Source: Sodaliphilus sp. (lineage in GTDB: Bacteria > Bacteroidota > Bacteroidia > Bacteroidales > Muribaculaceae). From it: a DNA stretch of 64,000 nucleotides. The DNA lies in the NCBI GenBank assembly GCA_045114435.1, contig JBGUKK010000127.1, forward strand, positions 10,533 through 74,532. The letters are read 5' to 3'. Position 1 is the first letter of the stretch, and every line of letters begins with the position of its first letter. This document shows, piece after piece, positions 19,540 through 31,269 of this stretch. The position numbers and the translations under genes were made by a program. Under the pieces are notes generated by a model. The model was not told the origin of the DNA. It searched no databases and was given only the letters and a program-made list of their open reading frames with translations.

Positions 19540-22032
19540 TTACTTCAGGATCATTGCGATAAGACCATTCACATCAGCCAGGCCAAGCTCGTTGTCCTCG
19601 GCTACGTCGCAACGCCACTTGGTGCACTCATCAACACTCTTGCCGCTCAGGATGATGTCGATCAAGGCATTGACATCGGCCAGATTGATCTCGCCGTCAT
19701 TGTTCACGTCACCCTTGGTGCCACAATCGGGCTCGCCACCGTCAATCAGGGTGGGATAAAGCTCGAGCGCGCCTCTGTAGATGGTCAGGAAGCCCTCGAT
19801 GTAGTGGGGCTTGGTCATGTCGAGGTCAGCGATGCCGACATCGAACTTATCATACAACCACAACTCACCGGTCTCGTCAACCAGGTAATAGTTGGTCTTG
19901 CCGTCCTCTTCCCTGACGATGACGTTCACATCCTCAAAGCCGAGGAACCAGTGCAGCATGTCCTGAGAAATCTCCTCAACGGGCATGATTTCGGGCTCTA
20001 CTTCGGTGCCATGGCCGCCGTAAACGAAGGTATCGGTAGCGGGCTTGATCTGCTTGTTGCCAGAGTAAGTCGTCCAACTTGCAACAGCATCATTCACGAT
20101 GTCACCATTCTTGAAATCGTTGTATGCTACAGAGCCATATACCAAACTGTAGTTGCCATCAACGTCCTTCACATACAGGTTCAGACCATTCTGGTAGAGG
20201 GTGGTCAACGGAGTGGTGAAGTGACCTGCAGCGCCTTCATTGAGTTGATAAAGTTCGGGAATGTTGGCAACGTCGGTCGTGTCGATGGGAGCATTGACGA
20301 AGGTGGGCAGCAACTGATAAACAGTGTTCTTGCCATAGGAAGCCACGATACCATAAACGTCATAGGGCTTGCTCAAATCGCTGGGCAGGGCAACGCCGAA
20401 GCGGTCATAGTAAGCACAGGAAACGCCATTGGCGGTGAAGGTCTTGGCCGAAGGATCGATGATGACCTGAGACAGTTTCACATAGTGGCCCCAAGTATCG
20501 TGAGACACCTGGCCCGGAGTGATGGTCTCGGCAGTCTTGTTCAGCTCATCGAGGCCACCGATGTTACCGATAGGACTCTCAAAACCTGCGAGGTTCTGCA
20601 GCTCGGGCTCGCCGTCCCAAGTGGTCTTGGAACCACTGTAGCCAGCGGGAATCTTGTCACCCCAGGTGTAAGACTTGCCACAGTCGCCATAGGCGAGGCC
20701 ATAACCGGTATCATCCTTCAGATAGAGGTATTTGCCACTCTGACCGAGGACAATAGCATCGCGGTCGATGGTAACATCGGTACCGTCGGCAACATCACCC
20801 AGATTGCCTAAGCCCATACCAGGACCAGTGCCTTTGGGCTTAACCCTGATGGGGAGCAACTGGTAAACCACATCGCCATCGGCGGGCTTGTAAGCGCCAA
20901 CGATAGCCCAAACCTCATATTCCTTACCGGCCGTAATCTGGCTGGCGGTTACACCCATGCTGAAGTAAACGGGAGCGGTGCCTACTGCATCGGTAAGCGT
21001 CTTTGCCTCGGGGTCAATCGTTGCGCTCTCGAAGTACACATAGTGTGCCCAATTGTTATGGTTCACCATAGCCGTGGTGAACACATCGGGAGTCATATCA
21101 ACGGTGCCGCTGGCAGCCAAGAAGCCGCTCAGGTCGGTCAACTCGGGCTCGCCGTTGTAGGTCGTCTTCTTGCCGACGAAATTAGCGGGAATCACGCTAC
21201 CCAGGCTATAGGTCTGGTCGGTCGTACCGTAGAACAAGCCACAACCGGTGTTGTCCTTCACATAGAGGTATTTACCGTTCTGGGCAATCACGTTTACAGG
21301 GTTGGTGAATTGCACGACAGTCTCATCGGCAACGGCCGAATAGGCTGCGATATTGGCAACCTTGGTAGCGGTGGCAAACTCGTAAACGGCCTCTACCACA
21401 TCGCTCACCTCACCATCAAGGGCCGAGATGGCCTTCACGGTGGTGTTGCTGTTCAACCTGAAGGGAGCGGTGTACTGGGTAGAACTCGTGGTGGGGGTGC
21501 TGCCGTCGGTGGTATAGTAAATCTTGGCATTGGGGGTCACGCACGTGATGGTCACGTCGATGGCATCGTAATAGGTGTCGCTACCAGGCTTGATCGAGGG
21601 AGCGGCAAGACCTGCCTGGCCCACGGTCACGGTGATCTTGGTCATGCGCACCTGATTGGAGGCTGCGGTGAACACTACCTGGGCGGACTGACCGGCCCAA
21701 GTGCCGATTTTGCCAGAATAGCTGTAGTCGACGGGGGTTGCGGTGAAGCAACCGGGACCATACTGAGCATCATCGTTGGCCGTGCACTCGAGCTTGATTT
21801 CGGTGATAGCGCCTATCGACGAAGTGACGGTCATCGTCTGATTCTTGAAGACGCGGTACTGGGAGTCGGTAATGGTACCATTGGATACCTCAATCTTGAC
21901 ACCATCTTTCTCGATGGTGAAGGCTTTGCCCGTAATGGGTTCGCCATCGGTGCCAGGCACGAAGGTGATGTCAACTGCCCAAGCGGCGCTGGCCAGCAGA
22001 CACATGGTTAATAAAGTAAAAATCTTCCTCAT
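19540..22032 (-). CDS. Secreted protein paralogous to 14873..17389 with intact C-terminal dockerin
   Basis: Signal peptide; IYYTTDGSTP; three YLY(V/L)KD-type repeats; GDVNNDGEINLADVN...CDVAEDNELGLADVN at the C-terminus. Confidence 0.85.
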   Translation of the reverse strand: MRKIFTLLTMCLLASAAWAVDITFVPGTDGEPITGKAFTIEKDGVKIEVSNGTITDSQYRVFKNQTMTVTSSIGAITEIKLECTANDDAQYGPGCFTATPVDYSYSGKIGTWAGQSAQVVFTAASNQVRMTKITVTVGQAGLAAPSIKPGSDTYYDAIDVTITCVTPNAKIYYTTDGSTPTTSSTQYTAPFRLNSNTTVKAISALDGEVSDVVEAVYEFATATKVANIAAYSAVADETVVQFTNPVNVIAQNGKYLYVKDNTGCGLFYGTTDQTYSLGSVIPANFVGKKTTYNGEPELTDLSGFLAASGTVDMTPDVFTTAMVNHNNWAHYVYFESATIDPEAKTLTDAVGTAPVYFSMGVTASQITAGKEYEVWAIVGAYKPADGDVVYQLLPIRVKPKGTGPGMGLGNLGDVADGTDVTIDRDAIVLGQSGKYLYLKDDTGYGLAYGDCGKSYTWGDKIPAGYSGSKTTWDGEPELQNLAGFESPIGNIGGLDELNKTAETITPGQVSHDTWGHYVKLSQVIIDPSAKTFTANGVSCAYYDRFGVALPSDLSKPYDVYGIVASYGKNTVYQLLPTFVNAPIDTTDVANIPELYQLNEGAAGHFTTPLTTLYQNGLNLYVKDVDGNYSLVYGSVAYNDFKNGDIVNDAVASWTTYSGNKQIKPATDTFVYGGHGTEVEPEIMPVEEISQDMLHWFLGFEDVNVIVREEDGKTNYYLVDETGELWLYDKFDVGIADLDMTKPHYIEGFLTIYRGALELYPTLIDGGEPDCGTKGDVNNDGEINLADVNALIDIILSGKSVDECTKWRCDVAEDNELGLADVNGLIAMILK

Positions 22033-22179
22033 TGCAACGAAAAATATTAAATGGTTAATAATGATAAGTTCAACATCAATCTATAATTGGGCAAAATTAC
22101 ACTATTTTTTCTAATTCCCGTGCATTAACCCACACTTTTTTTCACGTTAAAAAAAACTGACGTTATGCCCTCAAAAATC

Positions 22180-22209
22180 TGACGGCTGAAAACCGAAAAA
22201 CTGAAAACT
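22180..22209. repeat. Heptamer (ACTGAAA-type) repeats abutting a -7 element
   Basis: gctgaaa accgaaa aactgaaaact, then TACCTTTG at 22216-22223. Confidence 0.7.
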
Positions 22210-22268
22210 TTTTCTTACCTTTGCAAGTTGGTAACCAATCAAAGAACTATTCATTCAATCACGACAAT

Positions 22269-23996
22269 ATGACACATTCTCCGTGCCGATGGGCAATGAT
22301 CGTACTGGCAATGGCGGCAGCGCTCAGTTCTTGGTCACAGGTCATTCGCCTGGAAGGGCATAAGGCCATACGCGACAACCGTTCTAACGTCTGGCTCTGC
22401 AGCGTGCCGCAAGATGTGTTTGGCACCGACTGGATGGCCACCATCGAATTCGACTCCTTGTTCAGCTCACTGGTCATCGACGGCCAGCAGGTGGTCGCCG
22501 GCAGCAGCTTCACCTTTGACCACATACAGGGTGGCAAACAGTATCCCGTGACGGCGACCCTAGGCGATGAGGTCATCACCAGCGCCATCACCTTCACCTG
22601 GCTGCCTGTGCTGGAATTGAAGGGAGAATTCGGCAACGAGTATGCCCCAGGCACCGTGACCCTCAATGCCCCGGACACGGCACAGTCCCGCGAAGACCTC
22701 ACGGCCAAACTCAAGTGGCGCGGCGGCATCACCAACACGGGTGACAAGCACAAGCGCAACTACCACATCAAGTTCATCGACGAGAACGGCAACAAGACCA
22801 ATCGCCGCCTGCTGGACCTGCGCAAGGACAACCACTGGAAACTCGATGGCGGCCAGATGGACCCGCTGCGCATCCGTAACCGCGTGTGCAGCGACCTGTG
22901 GCTCGACATGTCGAGGCACCCGTGGCATCACGATATCGACCCGACGGTGGTCAATGGCTCCAACGGCCGTCTCACCGAGGTGATTCTCAACGGCGAGTAC
23001 CACGGCATCTATGGACTGATTGAGCCCATCGACCGCAAGCAGTTGGGCCTCGTCAAGACCGATGAGACGACAGGCGAGGTGCATGGGCAACAATGGACAT
23101 CCAAGCTCAAGTACCCCACCTATATTCTGCCCCCACCCAACAATTACAGCGCGACGTGGAACGGTAACGAGGTGAGCTACCCAGAGATCGAGGATGTCTT
23201 CCCCACCGACTGGAGCACACTGTACAACGCCTTTGAGTTTGCCCGCCGCGTCGATGCCGTCGATGACTGGCAGACCCTGGCCGACTCGCTGGACTACTAC
23301 TTCGACACGCCCGTCATGGAGGACTATTTCATCTTCATCGTCACGCTGCAGGCGCTGGACAATGAGATCAAGAACATCTACTACAGCTGCTACGACAAGA
23401 CCCTGGGAGCGCCCAGGCTCACCTTGACGCCGTGGGATCTGGACATCAGCGTGGGCGCGAGAAGCGTCTCGGGCCTTGACGTCAGCCCCGAGCGGCCCCT
23501 CAACTGGATTGCCCACGTAGCGCTCGGCGACATGTTCTTCTGGTCAGCCCCTCACCGCCAGCACATCATCAACCGGTACTGGGAACTGCGCAAGACATGG
23601 CTCCACACCGACAGCCTTGTCGCCCGCTTCCAGCATGCCGTTGATGAGCTTGAGGAGTGTGGAGCAGCAGGCCGTGAAGAGGCCCGATGGAGCGGAGACA
23701 GCGACCTGGGTGGCGCGACGCTTGACCTGAGCGGCGAGATGGAGTATGTCGCCGACTGGATCACGCGCCGCATGGCCTATATCGACGAAAACGTGTTCGT
23801 GCGAGACCTCGAGCCTGGCGATGTGAATCAGGACGGCGTGGTCAACATCGCGGATGCCATCAAGCTCATCAGTATGATCCTCTCCTCTGATCTGTCGCAG
23901 GTGGAAGCCGACGTCACCACCGACGTCAACGGTGACGGTGTCATCAACATCAATGATGCCATCATGCTGATCAGCATCATCCTGCTCGGGAGCTGA
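22269..23996 (+). CDS. CotH kinase family protein with C-terminal dockerin
   Basis: [37 protein letters not shown]; two GDVNxDG segments; ATG 22269 preferred over TTG 22221, which overlaps the promoter element. Confidence 0.85.
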   Translation: MTHSPCRWAMIVLAMAAALSSWSQVIRLEGHKAIRDNRSNVWLCSVPQDVFGTDWMATIEFDSLFSSLVIDGQQVVAGSSFTFDHIQGGKQYPVTATLGDEVITSAITFTWLPVLELKGEFGNEYAPGTVTLNAPDTAQSREDLTAKLKWRGGITNTGDKHKRNYHIKFIDENGNKTNRRLLDLRKDNHWKLDGGQMDPLRIRNRVCSDLWLDMSRHPWHHDIDPTVVNGSNGRLTEVILNGEYHGIYGLIEPIDRKQLGLVKTDETTGEVHGQQWTSKLKYPTYILPPPNNYSATWNGNEVSYPEIEDVFPTDWSTLYNAFEFARRVDAVDDWQTLADSLDYYFDTPVMEDYFIFIVTLQALDNEIKNIYYSCYDKTLGAPRLTLTPWDLDISVGARSVSGLDVSPERPLNWIAHVALGDMFFWSAPHRQHIINRYWELRKTWLHTDSLVARFQHAVDELEECGAAGREEARWSGDSDLGGATLDLSGEMEYVADWITRRMAYIDENVFVRDLEPGDVNQDGVVNIADAIKLISMILSSDLSQVEADVTTDVNGDGVININDAIMLISIILLGS

Positions 23997-24058
23997 ACGC
24001 CATCCCCCCCAACAAGAACCAAACCCAATCAAAACATAATATCACAAAATCATTAATC

Positions 24059-25102
24059 ATGGCAGACGAAATCATCAACCAAGAAGGAACAAATCAACCG
24101 CAGCGCAAGGAGGTTTCCCCCGAGAAGCTGAAAGCCCTGCAGGTAGCAATGGACAAGATAGGCAAGACCTTCGGCAGCGGGTCCATCATGAAGCTGGGCG
24201 ACGACCACATCGAGGACATTGAGGTCATCCCCACCGGCTCCATCGGCCTGGACAACGCCCTCGGAGTCGGCGGTTATCCCCGCGGACGCATCATCGAGAT
24301 CTACGGTCCCGAGTCATCGGGTAAGACCACGCTGGCCATCCATGCCATCGCCGAAGCCCAGAAGATGGGCGGTATCGCCGCCATCATCGACGCCGAACAC
24401 GCCTTCGACCGTTTCTATGCCGAGTCGCTGGGTGTGGACGTGAACAACCTGTGGATCAGCCAGCCCGACAACGGCGAGCAGGCCCTGGAGATTGCCGACC
24501 AGCTCATCCGCAGTAGCGCCATCGACATCATCGTCATCGACAGTGTGGCAGCTTTGACCCCCAAGGCCGAAATCGAGGGCGAGATGGGTGAAAGCAAGAT
24601 GGGCCTGCAGGCACGACTGATGAGCCAGGCCCTGAGGAAACTCACCGCCACCATCAGCCGCACCAACACGTGCTGCATCTTCATCAACCAGCTGCGCGAA
24701 AAGCTCGGTGTGATGTTCGGCAACCCCGAGACCACGACCGGCGGCAACGCGTTGAAGTTCTACAGCAGCGTGCGCCTCGACATCCGCCGCACGGGGCAGA
24801 TCAAGGACGGCGACCAAGTCGTGGGTAACCTCACGAGGGTGAAAGTGGTGAAAAACAAGGTGGCTCCCCCCTTCCGTAAGACCGAGTTTGAAATCCGCTT
24901 TGGCGAGGGCATCAGCAAGGTGGGCGAGATCATCGACCTGGGCGTTGAGTTCGGCATTGTCAAGAAGAGCGGAGCCTGGTTCTCCTACGAGGGCACCAAG
25001 CTGGGCCAGGGACGTGACGCCGCCAAGCAGATGGTAGCCGACAACCCCGAGCTGGCCGAGGAACTTGAGACCAAGATCAAGGAGGCGATGAAGGCCAAGT
25101 AA
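24059..25102 (+). CDS. recA: Recombinase A
   Basis: [53 protein letters not shown]. Confidence 0.99.
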   Translation: MADEIINQEGTNQPQRKEVSPEKLKALQVAMDKIGKTFGSGSIMKLGDDHIEDIEVIPTGSIGLDNALGVGGYPRGRIIEIYGPESSGKTTLAIHAIAEAQKMGGIAAIIDAEHAFDRFYAESLGVDVNNLWISQPDNGEQALEIADQLIRSSAIDIIVIDSVAALTPKAEIEGEMGESKMGLQARLMSQALRKLTATISRTNTCCIFINQLREKLGVMFGNPETTTGGNALKFYSSVRLDIRRTGQIKDGDQVVGNLTRVKVVKNKVAPPFRKTEFEIRFGEGISKVGEIIDLGVEFGIVKKSGAWFSYEGTKLGQGRDAAKQMVADNPELAEELETKIKEAMKAK

Positions 25103-25132
25103 GCCCTGACTTCATTCCACCAACAGCTCAAC

Positions 25133-25162
25133 GAGCCGCCCAGGTTAACCCTAGGGCGGCTC
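25133..25162. terminator. Hairpin between convergent recA and metK
   Basis: GAGCCGCCC / GGGCGGCTC arms. Confidence 0.7.
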
Positions 25163-25222
25163 GCTGTGTTGATGGTGTGATAGCTGCTATCGGCACGATA
25201 GCCTCGACGGGAGCTATCGGTT

Positions 25223-26503
25223 TTACTGGAGGGAGAAGATAGTGCGGAGCTTCTCGGTCATGTCGAGTTTCTCCCAGGGGAAGAGCTCCACATCAAGCTC
25301 GGCTGTCGTGTTGTAGAGCGACTCAAAGGTCTTGTGAACCGTCTCGCACTTGCGACCCATGTGGCCATAGGCGGCCGTCTCGGTGTAGATGGGCTGGAGC
25401 AGGTTCAACCGCTTGATGATGGCAGCAGGACGCATGTTGAACTCGTCAATCCCCTTGAGGATGGCGGCCACCTCGGCATCGCTCTTGTCCACGTGGCTCG
25501 TGCCATAGGTGTTGACATAGAAGCTCACCGGCTCGGCGCGCCCGATGGCGTAGGCCACCTGGACCAGCACCTCGTCGGCAATGCCGGCAGCCACGACGTT
25601 CTTGGCAATGTGGCGGCATGCGTAGGCAGCACTGCGGTCCACCTTGCTGGGATCCTTGCCCGAGAAGGCTCCGCCACCGTGAGCACCGCGTCCACCGTAG
25701 GTGTCCACGATGATTTTGCGTCCCGTGAGTCCCGTGTCGCCATGAGGTCCACCGATGACAAACTTGCCCGTGGGATTGACAAAGACGTCGGTCCGGCCCT
25801 CATGATACATGGCGCGAATCTCCTCGCTGTAGTGAGCCAGTGTCCTGGGAATAAGGATATTGATAACATCCTTCTTGATGCGGTCCTGGTCCACATTGTC
25901 ATCGTGCTGAGTGCTCACCACGATCGTGTGGATGCCTACAGGGCGACGTGTCTCGCCATCATACTCAACTGTCACCTGGGCCTTGCTGTCGGGGCGCAGG
26001 TAGGGCATCAGTTCAAGGTGGTTGTGGCGGATGTCGGCTAACTCACGCATCAGGGCATGAGCCAGGTCAAGCGTCAGGGGCATGTAGTCAGGCGTCTCGT
26101 TGCAGGCATAGCCGAACATCATGCCCTGGTCACCGGCACCCTGGTCGGCATTGTTGTCCTCGGCCTTATCGACACCCTGCTTGATGTCACCGCTCTGCTC
26201 GTGTACGCTGTTGAGGATGCCGCACGAGTTGCCGTCAAACTGGTACTCGCTCTTGGTGTAACCGATGCGGTTGATGACCTCGCGCGCCGTGCGTTGCAGG
26301 TCGATATAGACATTAGTCGTCACTTCGCCCGAAATAATGACTTGGCCGGTGGTCACGAGAGTCTCGCAAGCCACATGGGCATGGGGGTCAAAGGCAAGAA
26401 ACTTGTCGAGGATAGCATCGCTGATCTGATCGGCAACCTTGTCGGGATGTCCTTCCGAGACGCTCTCCGACGTGAATAAATAATTCTTACTGTTCATTGT
26501 CAT
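25223..26503 (-). CDS. metK: S-adenosylmethionine synthetase
   Basis: [49 protein letters not shown]. Confidence 0.98.
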   Translation of the reverse strand: MTMNSKNYLFTSESVSEGHPDKVADQISDAILDKFLAFDPHAHVACETLVTTGQVIISGEVTTNVYIDLQRTAREVINRIGYTKSEYQFDGNSCGILNSVHEQSGDIKQGVDKAEDNNADQGAGDQGMMFGYACNETPDYMPLTLDLAHALMRELADIRHNHLELMPYLRPDSKAQVTVEYDGETRRPVGIHTIVVSTQHDDNVDQDRIKKDVINILIPRTLAHYSEEIRAMYHEGRTDVFVNPTGKFVIGGPHGDTGLTGRKIIVDTYGGRGAHGGGAFSGKDPSKVDRSAAYACRHIAKNVVAAGIADEVLVQVAYAIGRAEPVSFYVNTYGTSHVDKSDAEVAAILKGIDEFNMRPAAIIKRLNLLQPIYTETAAYGHMGRKCETVHKTFESLYNTTAELDVELFPWEKLDMTEKLRTIFSLQ

Positions 26504-26506
26504 ACT

Positions 26507-26621
26507 AAAAAAACATTCATTTTTGGTGGAAAATGAATGCTAAATGGGAATCAAAAACAAGTTTGTTGTTGATTGCATTTTAGCATTTTTTCAAGTGGTT
26601 GCAAGCAGCCCAAATTCCACT
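26507..26621 (-). ncRNA. SAM-II-like riboswitch with terminator/antiterminator in the metK leader
   Basis: Minus strand AGTGG-AATTTG-GGCT-GCTTGC-AA-CCACTT-GAAAAAAT-GCTAAA matches SAM-II landmarks from memory; followed by CATTCATTTT/AAAATGAATG stem and T7 ending 3 nt before ATG; -7 element at 26652-26659. Confidence 0.72.
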
Positions 26622-26728
26622 GTTAGTATCTGTTACTTAAAATTGTGGCTGCAAAGGTACAACAAAGTTTCCACTAGATGTACCCTGCAGGCAAGTTTTA
26701 AGATTTATTTAACTTAACGAAGTCCCAA

Positions 26729-26879
26729 GTAACTCTACAGCGAACGTTCATGAAACTGAATCTCACACCGCGAAGTCGCTAAGTTTTTTAGAGTCACCTA
26801 CAAGCCCTTGTGACAAGTTTAGCCTCGGAGAGGTTGTAGAGTCGCAGGACCAGCTGTCCCGATGAGGCTCATGATCTCC
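26729..26879. repeat. Dispersed degenerate element, copy B
   Basis: GTAACTCTACAGCGAAC, TGAAACTGAATCTCAC, GTCGCTAAG and GAGGCTCATG blocks shared with copies A and C. Confidence 0.65.
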
Positions 26880-26908
26880 GGGCAAGTGGTAAAGAAAAAC
26901 GTGAAGCC

Positions 26909-27796
26909 TTATTCGACATCGCCGGGCACAGGCTCATCGATATCGCGATGTGAGGCCGTGAAGGAACCTTTCTTGTCGTGGGCAAAGCTCTCGTAATCGG
27001 CGACAAATGTCGCATAGTCGGCATCAGGCAGCAACTCGTCCCTGAACCAGATGTGCGACTTGTCGCGGCAATAGTTAGTCTTTCCCAGCACCTCAAAGGT
27101 GGCAGGGTCGGCGCCGGCGATCAATCGTTCCTCATACCACACATGGGACTTGTCGATATTAAAGTTAGTGTTCTCAATCGATCTAAACGTGGACGGATCG
27201 GCACCCTCAATCATTCTCTTGAAGTACCACACGTGGGACTTGTCACGATAATAGAAGACGCTGGCCATCGTTTCAAAGGTGGCAGGGTCGGCCTCGGCCA
27301 GCACCACACCATCCATGTAGACATGATTCTTGTCCACGGCATAATCTCTATTCACAACCTCAAACGTGGCCATGTCAACGCCATCAAGCCGCAACGAATC
27401 ATAATAAACACACCGTGAATCCTTGGCCCAGACGTTGTCATCAATCCAGCAGATGGTCTTGAAAGACGCCATGTCGGCCACATGCAACGGCTTGGTCTGG
27501 TAGTAGTAGTCGTTCTTGTCACAGAACAACGGATAGCGCTGCGCCTGGAGCGTGGCCACATCGACACCGGGCACCAGATCGGCATTAAAATACACTCGCT
27601 GGCTGTCGTGTCCCAGCCAGTTCTTCACCTGCTCAAACGTGGCCGGATCGGCACCCTGCAAGGTGTCATACCGCATCCCGAAGCTGAAAGTCCAGTAGCT
27701 GCGCACCACCACATCGCCCCTCACCTCATACTTGGGACCCTTAACACACGCTGTGAGCAATATAGTCGTAATAATCAGTAATACAAAATGCTTCAT
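26909..27796 (-). CDS. DKNYY-family lipoprotein
   Basis: Lipobox LLTAC; repeated GADPATF / DKSHVW / DKNHVY units. Confidence 0.85.
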   Translation of the reverse strand: MKHFVLLIITTILLTACVKGPKYEVRGDVVVRSYWTFSFGMRYDTLQGADPATFEQVKNWLGHDSQRVYFNADLVPGVDVATLQAQRYPLFCDKNDYYYQTKPLHVADMASFKTICWIDDNVWAKDSRCVYYDSLRLDGVDMATFEVVNRDYAVDKNHVYMDGVVLAEADPATFETMASVFYYRDKSHVWYFKRMIEGADPSTFRSIENTNFNIDKSHVWYEERLIAGADPATFEVLGKTNYCRDKSHIWFRDELLPDADYATFVADYESFAHDKKGSFTASHRDIDEPVPGDVE

Positions 27797-27928
27797 AGTT
27801 CATATTCAAGCTATAGTTTCACTTCACAAATTCACTTCACAAAAATATAGATTTATCCTCAATCCACCAAACCCTAACCCACAAAAAGCATCTTTTTCCC
27901 TAGGCTCTGCCCGAAGGCACACAGCAAA

Positions 27929-27961
27929 AAACTGAAAACCGAAAACTGAAAACTGAAAACT
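27929..27961. repeat. Heptamer (ACTGAAA-type) tandem array abutting a -7 element
   Basis: actgaaa accgaaa actgaaa actgaaa act, then TACCTTTG at 27968-27975. Confidence 0.8.
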
Positions 27962-28000
27962 TTATATTACCTTTGCATTCCGATAGATGAACCACCAACA

Positions 28001-28675
28001 ATGATTGAGGCTCGAAACATAGTGAAACGGTATGGCGACCTGGAGGTGCTGCGAGGTGTGGACCTCGACATCAACCAGGGCGAGATCGTCTCGATTGTGG
28101 GGCCCAGCGGCGCCGGCAAGACCACCTTGCTGCAGATTATCGGCACCCTGGACGCGCCGCAACAGGGCGAGGTGCGCTACGAGGGCAAGAACGTGCTCAC
28201 GTTGAAGGACCGAGAGTTGGCCCACTTCCGCAACCGCAACATCGGCTTCGTGTTCCAGTTCCACCAGTTGCTGCCCGAGTTCACCATGCTCGAGAACGTT
28301 GCCATCCCAGCCCTGCTGGGCGGCGACAACCGCAACGACGCGATGAGCCGGGCACGGCAGTTGCTCGAGCGCATGCACCTGGCCGACCGTCTCGACCACA
28401 AGCCGTCGCAGCTGTCGGGTGGCGAATGCCAACGCGTGGCCGTGGCTCGCGCGCTCATCAACAACCCGAAGGTGATCCTTGCCGATGAGCCCTCGGGAAG
28501 CCTCGACACCCAGAACAAGCAGGAACTTCACCGCCTGTTCTTCGAGCTGCGCGAGGAACTCGGCCAGACCTTCATCATCGTGACCCATGACGAAGGCCTT
28601 GCCGCCCAAGCCGACCGCACCTTACACATGCGTGACGGCATCATTGTTGACCAATCCACGCGCACAACACAATGA
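28001..28675 (+). CDS. ABC transporter ATP-binding protein, LolD-like
   Basis: [48 protein letters not shown]. Confidence 0.9.
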   Translation: MIEARNIVKRYGDLEVLRGVDLDINQGEIVSIVGPSGAGKTTLLQIIGTLDAPQQGEVRYEGKNVLTLKDRELAHFRNRNIGFVFQFHQLLPEFTMLENVAIPALLGGDNRNDAMSRARQLLERMHLADRLDHKPSQLSGGECQRVAVARALINNPKVILADEPSGSLDTQNKQELHRLFFELREELGQTFIIVTHDEGLAAQADRTLHMRDGIIVDQSTRTTQ

Positions 28676-29346
28676 GACACCTGCTACTGCCCAGCATATT
28701 GCTCGTTGCGGCGTTATTGGCGCTGGCTTCCTGTGACAAGCAGGAGGACATCGACCGTGCCTACACCGACTACCGCTACGACATCGTGACCTACCTGGGC
28801 GAGAACGGGACAGGGGCGGTGTTTGAGTATCTGGGGCATGGCGACTCGGCGGCCATCAGGCTGCAATCACGCGTGACGGTGAGCGACATCAAGACCCACC
28901 AGCGCGTGCTCCTGCGATATGACTATGCCGACAAGGCGACCTCCTCGAGCACTGACAACCGCGACATCGACGTGTTCAGCTGCAGCAACATCATCAGCGA
29001 CTCGTTGAGGATGACCAAGGCCGCCCCCGACAGCCTGCCTCAGCATCAGGTCAAGCTGCGCAGCCTGTGGCGCACAGGGGAGTTCATCAACCTGCACTGC
29101 CAGGTGGAATACACCGACAAGGCCCGCACCTTCATGCTCGTGGCCGACGGCAAGACGCTCACCGACGACACCGTGCACTGCTACCTGACGCACGACTTGA
29201 GGGGTGAGACGCCCACCTTCTGGCGCGACTGCTATGCCTCGTTCAACGTGGGTGCGTTGTGGCGCAAGGAGTCGTTCCGATGTCTGCGCGTCCATCTCAA
29301 GGACGTGACATTTCCCGAAACAGAATATTACGATTTCATCAAATAA
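28672..29346 (+). CDS. NigD-like lipoprotein
   Basis: Lipobox LASC; RVLLRY and [15 protein letters not shown] segments resemble the NigD N- and C-domains. Confidence 0.55.
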   Translation: MRHLLLPSILLVAALLALASCDKQEDIDRAYTDYRYDIVTYLGENGTGAVFEYLGHGDSAAIRLQSRVTVSDIKTHQRVLLRYDYADKATSSSTDNRDIDVFSCSNIISDSLRMTKAAPDSLPQHQVKLRSLWRTGEFINLHCQVEYTDKARTFMLVADGKTLTDDTVHCYLTHDLRGETPTFWRDCYASFNVGALWRKESFRCLRVHLKDVTFPETEYYDFIK

Positions 29347-29380
29347 TCACATTATTTTAAAAACACAAGAAATTATAATT

Positions 29381-29707
29381 ATGGCAAACGAAAATCAAAA
29401 CCAGAACCAAATTAAGATTGAGATTCCCAAGGAAGAATTGCAAGGCCGCTATGCCAACATGGCAATGATTGCTCATGGTCCCAACGACTTCTTTATCGAT
29501 ATGATCCTGCGCGGTCCCAACATGCCCCAGGCCCGAGTACAGAGCCGCATCATCATGGCTCCGCAGCATGCCAAGGAGCTCATGCTCGCCCTGCAGGACA
29601 ACATCCGCCGCTATGAGCAGAACTTCGGCGAGATCAAGATCGCCCGTCCCGCCGCAGCACCCAATGGCGGTATCATGGACTTCCCCCTGCCCAAGGGCCA
29701 AGCCTAA
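29381..29707 (+). CDS. DUF3467 family protein
   Basis: GRYANMAMIAHGPNDFFIDM...ARVQSRIIMAPQHAK...YEQNFGEI. Confidence 0.85.
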   Translation: MANENQNQNQIKIEIPKEELQGRYANMAMIAHGPNDFFIDMILRGPNMPQARVQSRIIMAPQHAKELMLALQDNIRRYEQNFGEIKIARPAAAPNGGIMDFPLPKGQA

Positions 29708-29752
29708 TTCAGTCAGAGGTTAGAATACAGGATTCTTGACCATCTGAATCAT

Positions 29753-29774
29753 CCAGAAACCAGAAACCAGAAAC
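29753..29774. repeat. CAGAAAC heptamer x3 upstream of cysS
   Basis: cagaaac cagaaac cagaaac. Confidence 0.75.
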
Positions 29775-29789
29775 GATAAACTTAGAATC

Positions 29790-31265
29790 ATGGAGCATCC
29801 TTTGTTCATTTACAACACGCTGACCAGGCGCAAGGAGCACTTCGTGCCCCTGAGCGAGCCGATGGTGGGCATGTACGTCTGCGGCCCCACGGTCTATGGC
29901 GACCCGCACCTGGGTCACACCAGACCCGCTATCACCTTTGACGTGTTGTTCCGTTACCTGCAACAGCTGGGCTACAAGGTGCGCTACGTGCGCAACATCA
30001 CCGACGTGGGTCACCTGGAGCATGATGCCGACGAGGGCGAGGACAAGATTGCCAAGAAGGCACGCCTCGAGCAGCTCGAGCCCATGGAAGTGGCCCAGTA
30101 TTACACCAACCGCTACCATGCCGCCATGCAGTCGCTCAACGTGCTGCCTCCCAGCATCGAGCCCCACGCCACCGGGCATATTATCGAGCAGGAGGAATTG
30201 GTGAAGCAGATCATGGACAACGGTTACGCCTACGAGAGCAACGGCAGTGTTTACTTTGACATCGAGGCCTACAACCGCGACCATCGCTACGGCATTCTCT
30301 CGGGACGCAACCTCGACGACATCCTCAACGCCAGCCGCGAGCTGGAGGGCGTGGGCGAGAAACACAATCAGGCCGACTTCGCCTTGTGGAAGAAGGCACA
30401 GCCCGAGCACATCATGCGCTGGCCGTCGCCCTGGAGCGACGGGTTCCCCGGCTGGCACTGCGAGTGCACTGCCATGGGGCGCAAGTACCTGGGCAGCCAC
30501 TTCGACATCCATGGTGGCGGCATGGACCTCGTGTTCCCGCATCACGAGTGCGAGATTGCTCAGGCCGTAGCCAGCCAGGGCGACGAGATGGTGCACTACT
30601 GGATGCACAACAACATGATCACCATCAATGGTCAGAAGATGGGAAAATCGCTGGGCAACTTCATCACCCTGGAGCAGTTCTTCACGGGCGATCACCCTGC
30701 CCTCACCCAGGCCTACACGCCGATGACCATCAGGTTCTTCATCCTCCAGGCCCACTATCGGGGCACGGTGGACTTCAGCAACGAGGCCCTGCAGGCCGCC
30801 GAGAAGGCCCTCGAGCGCATGCTTGACGGCTGGCACCGCCTGAACGCCCTCAACGCTGCGCCCCAGTCGTCACTCACCCTCGATAATTACCGACAGCGTT
30901 GTGCCGACGCCATGAACGATGACCTGAACACGCCGACGGTCATCGCCACCCTGTTCGACGCCTGCAAGGTCATCAACCAGGCCAACGACGGCCACGCCGC
31001 CCTCAGCCAGGCCGACATCGATGAGCTGAAGAGCGTGTTCCAGACCTACCTGTTCGACGTGCTGGGCATCCGCGACGATGCCGCCGGTGGCGACAGCGTG
31101 AACCTGGAGCCCTACCGCCAGGCCGTTGACCTGCTGCTGGAGATGCGCCGCAACGCCAAGGCCGCCAAGGATTGGGCGACCAGCGACCTCATCCGTGACA
31201 AGCTCGCCGAGTTTGGCTTCGAGGTCAAGGACACCAAGGACGGCTTTGAATGGAAAGTGAAGTAA
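29790..31265 (+). CDS. cysS: Cysteinyl-tRNA synthetase
   Basis: CGPTVY..HLGH, PGWHCEC, HHECE, KMGKS. Confidence 0.98.
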   Translation: MEHPLFIYNTLTRRKEHFVPLSEPMVGMYVCGPTVYGDPHLGHTRPAITFDVLFRYLQQLGYKVRYVRNITDVGHLEHDADEGEDKIAKKARLEQLEPMEVAQYYTNRYHAAMQSLNVLPPSIEPHATGHIIEQEELVKQIMDNGYAYESNGSVYFDIEAYNRDHRYGILSGRNLDDILNASRELEGVGEKHNQADFALWKKAQPEHIMRWPSPWSDGFPGWHCECTAMGRKYLGSHFDIHGGGMDLVFPHHECEIAQAVASQGDEMVHYWMHNNMITINGQKMGKSLGNFITLEQFFTGDHPALTQAYTPMTIRFFILQAHYRGTVDFSNEALQAAEKALERMLDGWHRLNALNAAPQSSLTLDNYRQRCADAMNDDLNTPTVIATLFDACKVINQANDGHAALSQADIDELKSVFQTYLFDVLGIRDDAAGGDSVNLEPYRQAVDLLLEMRRNAKAAKDWATSDLIRDKLAEFGFEVKDTKDGFEWKVK

Positions 31266-31269
31266 CACG

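Noticed and set aside
19522-22011. 429-aa and 322-aa plus-strand ORFs opposite the 830-aa dockerin protein
   Set aside because: Antisense shadows; the same pattern recurs opposite every dockerin gene
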